Shown piece after piece: positions 59,663 through 64,000 of a DNA stretch of 64,000 bases. The notes under the pieces were generated by a model that did not search any database, was not told the origin of the DNA, and saw nothing but the letters and a program-made list of their open reading frames with translations. Numbering within the stretch: position 1 is the first letter of the stretch; each line of letters begins with the position of its first letter. Source of the DNA: a virus; the IMG/VR virus record IMGVR_UViG_3300037501_000111, positions 52,583 through 116,582 of that record. One strand, written 5' to 3'. The position numbers and the translations under genes are program-made.

Positions 59663-59720
59663 CTTCTCTAGCCGAGAGGCTGGGGGAGACGTAAGTCTCA
59701 AAGTCCTCACGGACTCCTCT
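59663..59720 (+). promoter_or_regulatory. Structured RNA element (GNRA-capped hairpins) in the capsid gene leader
   Basis: CTTCTCTAGCC-GAGA-GGCTGGGGGAG; GAGAC-GTAA-GTCTC; AGTCC-TCAC-GGACT. Confidence 0.6.
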
Positions 59721-59778
59721 CACCCTTTTAACTGTAAGATAAAGCTGGTAAGACTGGCAAATTTTTCTAGGAGAACCT

Positions 59779-60792
59779 ATGAATATGTTTAGTGGTAAAG
59801 GCGAATTGAACGCCTCATCTTTAAAAGATGCATTGCAGGCATTGGTAAAGTATGCAGCCATTCTCGAAGAGAATGTTCCTGCCAACCAAGGTCTCGCCGG
59901 CCAACCAGCATTGAGCGATGAGAAACGCGATGAGTTAATCACTCGTGCTATCATGACTCAGGACGGAAAGATTGCTTTAGCTCAGGCTATGGCAAACCCA
60001 ATCCGTAGAAACCTAGACTACCACGGTATCGCTCGTCGTGCCTTGGTTGTTGACCCACTACCACAGGGAGCAATTCCAACTTACGATAGAGATATCGATG
60101 TTGCCGCAGTTGTTATCTCTTCCAACGGTACAGGTCCAGAGTCCCGTGTATTCGGTGACCGTGTAGTTGTTCCTGAGTTTGAAATCTACGCCAACCCAAC
60201 GGTTCGTATCGCTGAGGTAAAGCGTCGTAGATTCAACGTCATTGACCGTGCCGTTCAGAAGGCTCGTCAAGAGATTATGGCCCAAGAAGATGCTAACATC
60301 TTTGCCGCTCTTGATGCAGCTTCCTCTGTCGAGAACACTCTCACTGATATCGCCGATGCAGGTTTGATAAAGCGTGACTTGGTTGAAATCAAGTCACAGA
60401 TTGAACGTTGGGACTTGGTAACCACCAAGTACTTTATGAACATCAACGAGTTCACTGACATGCTCAAGTGGGGTTCTGGTGGTGGACAAGGTGTTGGCGG
60501 AGGAGACTTCGATCCAGTAACCATGCGTGAAGTTCTACAGACCGGTCTATATGCCCACATCTGGGGTACTGATATTATGGTATCCAAGATTGTACCTCCT
60601 GGTACGATATATGGCGTGGCAGATCCCGAATTCGTAGGAGTCATGCCAATCCGTCAGGACATTGAAGTGCTTCCTGCCGACGAACCAAAACAACTAAAAT
60701 TGGGTTGGGTAGTTAGCGAAATCATCGGAATTGCTATAGTTAATCCAAGAGGCTGTGCCGCCGGAAGAAAAAGCGTAGTTATCGGGGCTTGA
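59779..60792 (+). CDS. Major capsid protein (probably HK97 fold)
   Basis: 337 aa, strong SD AGGAG, strongly biased codons, A.QE...ED...F backbone helix, G.IWG..I.VS..VP motif, followed by a terminator. Confidence 0.8.
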   Translation: MNMFSGKGELNASSLKDALQALVKYAAILEENVPANQGLAGQPALSDEKRDELITRAIMTQDGKIALAQAMANPIRRNLDYHGIARRALVVDPLPQGAIPTYDRDIDVAAVVISSNGTGPESRVFGDRVVVPEFEIYANPTVRIAEVKRRRFNVIDRAVQKARQEIMAQEDANIFAALDAASSVENTLTDIADAGLIKRDLVEIKSQIERWDLVTTKYFMNINEFTDMLKWGSGGGQGVGGGDFDPVTMREVLQTGLYAHIWGTDIMVSKIVPPGTIYGVADPEFVGVMPIRQDIEVLPADEPKQLKLGWVVSEIIGIAIVNPRGCAAGRKSVVIGA

Positions 60793-60831
60793 TCAATAAT
60801 ATCAAGTAGTTAGATAGCTAAAATGAGTTAA

Positions 60832-60860
60832 GAAAAAGCCGCTTTCGCGGCTTTTTCGTT
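60832..60860 (+). terminator. Rho-independent terminator after the major capsid gene
   Basis: GAAAAAGCCGC-TTTC-GCGGCTTTTTC; potentially bidirectional. Confidence 0.88.
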
Positions 60861-60900
60861 GATATATAGCAGGTGTATATACATAATTTGGACTATAACT

Positions 60901-61044
60901 ATGAGTCTAACACCTATCAAACAACGAAACACTAAAAATAATGTTCTTATCGACGCCAAAATTGATGAAATTAACCGTCTCTATCAGGAAGGTATTTCCC
61001 TAACAAAAATTGGTCAGCAACTTGGCATACACCATTTGGCCTGA
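60901..61044 (+). pseudogene. HTH fragment, likely a homing endonuclease remnant
   Basis: EINRLYQEGISLTKIGQQLGI resembles IINLYNSGKQQWEIAAQLNC of the 50042 endonuclease. Confidence 0.5.
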
Positions 61045-61072
61045 TCAATATTTTTTGTTGCTGTCTTTTTCA

Positions 61073-62317
61073 TTAAAATCGACGTGCCATTTCTAGTAAA
61101 CGATATTTTGTGTTCCGCTCTGGATTGCGTAGAATTTCCAGATAACACTCTTCTAGTATTTTTTTGATACGTGGGCCGGCGGGAATTCCCGCCGTCAATA
61201 GATCGTTACCATTAATTGCCATTTCTTTACGAGTTAAGACAACCAATCCTTTGTATTCCTCCAACAATGCTCCAGCCGCCAAACCCATAGGCTCAGTCAA
61301 CTGTAGAAATTGTTCTAGAGTCTCTTCCCAAGGGTCGGGGCTATGGTTCTTCACGACCGCCATAAAGCTCTTATAAGCAAGAGCCGTATTCTTCTCTTGA
61401 AAAACCATAAATTTCTCGATAAGCTGAATTAAGAAGATAACTCGTTTGATTTCCTTATTAGAGAACTTCAAACCAATTAATTCTTCTTGCACCTGCTCAA
61501 TCGGCAACTTGTTATACAAGAATGCTAATCTGACTTCCAAAGATCCTTGAACATAATCTTGATGAGATAACAGTGGAAGTTGCTTGCCAGCAAGAAGCGG
61601 ACAAGCAATATCCAAAGCGCCAGATTCTTTTAGAATTTGGAGACCATAAGAAGGGTATGCAGACAATAAAGTTTTTGACAATTCATCACTAATACGCTCC
61701 TTGGATACCTTTTTCAAAGTTTCAAGACTGCTTCTCATTCCTTGAAAAGTATTATTATCAACTGGATAACCAAATCTGGCAGCAAATCGAGCCACTCGCA
61801 TAATACGCAATCCGTCTTCTTGGAAGCGCACCAAAGGATTACCTACCGCTTTGATCAAACCATTTTTAAGGTCTTCTACTCCTCCAAAAGGGTCTTCAAA
61901 ACGATAGCTAATTGGATCATAAGCAATAGCATTGATGGTTAAATCTCGTCTAGCCAAATCTTTATTAACATCCATGATAAAGAAGACTTCATTGGGCCTA
62001 CGGCCGTCAGAATATTCTCCTTCAATTCTAAATGTAGTAACTTCGAAATGGTTTTCAATACCTTCACCCATGCAAACCATCACGGTTCCATATTGTAGTC
62101 CAGAAGGAATGGTTTTTGAGAAAAGCTCCATAACTCTTTTGGGGCTAGCGTCAGTGGTAATATCCCAGTCCTTGGGCTTCTGCCCTAGAAGTAGGTCTCG
62201 CACACAACCGCCTACGATAAAAGCTTGGTAATTATGTTCTTGTAGTATTTTACAAATCTCAATTGCACGAGGGTGAATTAGATGTGTGGAAATAGGTTGA
62301 TGTTCCATGAAAGGCAT
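61073..62317 (-). CDS. cca: CCA-adding tRNA nucleotidyltransferase
   Basis: VGGCVRD, DWDITT, EVTTFR, EGEYSDGRRP loop, DLARRDLTINA, RFQEDGLRIMR, VSKERI, INGNDL. Confidence 0.92.
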   Translation of the reverse strand: MPFMEHQPISTHLIHPRAIEICKILQEHNYQAFIVGGCVRDLLLGQKPKDWDITTDASPKRVMELFSKTIPSGLQYGTVMVCMGEGIENHFEVTTFRIEGEYSDGRRPNEVFFIMDVNKDLARRDLTINAIAYDPISYRFEDPFGGVEDLKNGLIKAVGNPLVRFQEDGLRIMRVARFAARFGYPVDNNTFQGMRSSLETLKKVSKERISDELSKTLLSAYPSYGLQILKESGALDIACPLLAGKQLPLLSHQDYVQGSLEVRLAFLYNKLPIEQVQEELIGLKFSNKEIKRVIFLIQLIEKFMVFQEKNTALAYKSFMAVVKNHSPDPWEETLEQFLQLTEPMGLAAGALLEEYKGLVVLTRKEMAINGNDLLTAGIPAGPRIKKILEECYLEILRNPERNTKYRLLEMARRF

Positions 62318-62402
62318 TCTAAAACTTAAAAATTACGTGTCAAGCGGGCCGGCGTGTAATAAGTAGGCATATTAGAAGAGTTCTATCAAAAGACAGAGGC
62401 AA

Positions 62403-63113
62403 ATGAGTTTGTTAGGGGTTACCGAGCTTTACAATTTGATTTCCAGGGGTTCACAAGATGTGTCAACCAGGAAACAATCCAGATTGCTACGTAAAGTGGC
62501 TTTGGAAACAGTAACGGCTGGTCAAGGGTTTACCAAAATGGCCTTTGATACTCGTCGTATTGATCAAGAAACAGAATACAATCCTCGTAGAGGTCTTCAG
62601 AATTATCAGCGTAGCGAACAGTTTATTTCCGAAGGTCTTGCTCAAAGAATTAAAAATTTTGCTAAACTTCGTAAAGTTCTTAATGGAATAAAAGAGGTTT
62701 ATGGTAAAGATAATGATTGGCAAGATAGTAATGCCCGTATTCTTTTGACAGCTATTGATAAAGGACTTCGCACTGGTCTGGATGATGGTGATTTTGGAGC
62801 ACAGAATCAACCAGGTGTTGGTAGTTTTGACTACTTAGAAGAACTTATGAATGTTAGATATCGTTTAACTTATGACGATCTAATTAGAATGGGTGAATCC
62901 GAACTCAAGAATGTTATATTATCAAAGGATGAGGAGCTTGTGCGCAAAGATGTGAAACAAGCTTTGGAAATTACTAAAAACGATGTCGCCACTAAGGGTT
63001 ATGACTCATTGATTGAAAAGCTTTTAGAAGGATGTAAGGCAAGTGCCGAGAATCCTGATGTTGAAAGAACAATCACCATAACTATTAGAGACAAATTTCA
63101 TAAAGAGGGCTAA
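62403..63113 (+). CDS. Hypothetical protein
   Basis: SD GAGG; RKVAL and TKMAF motifs. Confidence 0.72.
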   Translation: MSLLGVTELYNLISRGSQDVSTRKQSRLLRKVALETVTAGQGFTKMAFDTRRIDQETEYNPRRGLQNYQRSEQFISEGLAQRIKNFAKLRKVLNGIKEVYGKDNDWQDSNARILLTAIDKGLRTGLDDGDFGAQNQPGVGSFDYLEELMNVRYRLTYDDLIRMGESELKNVILSKDEELVRKDVKQALEITKNDVATKGYDSLIEKLLEGCKASAENPDVERTITITIRDKFHKEG

Positions 63114-63116
63114 GTC

Positions 63117-63806
63117 ATGGGAATGAATGTTTTCGCCCCGCATCAGCCTCAATGTGGACAATTCATAGTAAGAAATGTCTCGCCTCAGCGCAAGACTATT
63201 TTTATTTTCAATTATCCAATCAATCTAAACGAAACTAGAGATCTACTTAAAATACCTGGAATATTTGAAGCAGAAATCAAATCATCTTTGATGAAAGGAA
63301 CGCTCAGAAGAAAGTTTCTTAACAAAGATATTGAGCTAGTTATTAGTAATATTGATTTGTTGCAATTTACTGATTGTGGCATTCAATACCTAGAAGGTTA
63401 TGGGTTTACTACTGGTGTAAGAATTGGATTTGATCAATTAGATGGTTATGTTCAGAATTTGATTACTAGTAGTGGAGGGGGTGGACTTACTCCAAATGAG
63501 CATCGCACTTTAAGACACTTAATTCATTTTATTGATGAAGGCCCAGGTGATGGTTTTGCATCAGGAGCTTTCAAAGAGGTACTACCCCCTGGAAGTCCAT
63601 TTCCAACATCTATCACTTGGTACTTAGATGTAGCGAAAACTAAAAAGTTAGTAGAAAAGTTTATTACTTATACCAATGTAGCATTTCCAACAACTATACA
63701 TTGGAATATGTATGATTATGATGGTGTGACTATTGTACATACAGTCATTGATACTATCACATATAATACTGCTTTTGAAGGCACAAGAACAAGGACGATA
63801 CTCTAA
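63117..63806 (+). CDS. Hypothetical, probably structural, protein
   Basis: 229-aa ORF with a beta-rich C-terminus. Confidence 0.65.
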   Translation: MGMNVFAPHQPQCGQFIVRNVSPQRKTIFIFNYPINLNETRDLLKIPGIFEAEIKSSLMKGTLRRKFLNKDIELVISNIDLLQFTDCGIQYLEGYGFTTGVRIGFDQLDGYVQNLITSSGGGGLTPNEHRTLRHLIHFIDEGPGDGFASGAFKEVLPPGSPFPTSITWYLDVAKTKKLVEKFITYTNVAFPTTIHWNMYDYDGVTIVHTVIDTITYNTAFEGTRTRTIL

Positions 63807-64000
63807 TGTCTAATGAGTCACCAGCAGCGATTCTGTTTAATGACCTTGGGTTTCCGATTGGAGTCCTGTACGATGGATATGTTTATCGTCTTCAAACAGA
63901 AAGTGTATTAAATGACCCAGCCGGTCATGGTCCGGTAACTGTTAAGCCAAGCAATCAAGCTGCCGTCTCGTCCGACCGAGCTTTGGTTGTTGCTATTTCA
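63806..64000 (+). CDS. Hypothetical protein, 3'-truncated by the window edge
   Basis: TAATG-coupled start, MSNESPAAILFND..., open to the window end. Confidence 0.65.
   Translation, partial: MSNESPAAILFNDLGFPIGVLYDGYVYRLQTESVLNDPAGHGPVTVKPSNQAAVSSDRALVVAIS

Noticed and set aside
60793..62402. tRNA genes near cca
   Set aside because: No cloverleaf or T-arm GTTCRA in a suitable context seen by eye; tRNAscan-SE would be needed to be certain
1..64000. Alternative genetic code (stop codon reassignment)
   Set aside because: Conserved genes are full length under the standard code, and coding density is high

Overview
This is an AT-rich, gene-dense segment, almost entirely + strand, most consistent with a large (jumbo-type) tailed dsDNA bacteriophage. 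The left part (~1-25 kb) is a replication/recombination module: CHC2 zinc-finger protein, SbcD/SbcC, dNMP kinase, PD-(D/E)XK nuclease, DnaE-type polymerase, RecA, SSB, RuvC, a TOPRIM-only primase, a sigma-like protein, and host-like chaperones (trigger factor, DnaJ). The right part (~25-64 kb) is an unusually expanded head morphogenesis module: GpA-type terminase, portal, a 1222-aa protease/scaffold, two decoration-like paralogs and the major capsid protein. About 25 novel ORFs and three enzymes (a divergent nucleotidyltransferase, a GH73 muramidase and a Cys-dependent phosphatase) are interleaved with these genes. The most interesting signal is a set of short peptide motifs shared by otherwise unrelated head-module proteins: K-x-[AG]-[QSY], a helical hairpin A-x-x-L-D-x-x-G-x4-A, and an NKQAYFQGGGGVNEP leader. 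Together with nested in-frame starts in the protease gene, these suggest a capsid cargo addressing and maturation system. Also noted are two candidate promoter classes, a hairpin that masks a ribosome-binding site, a structured RNA before the capsid gene, a split primase and several intact or decayed homing endonucleases. No tRNA, rRNA or CRISPR array was seen. All assignments come from motif recognition by eye; no database searches were run.
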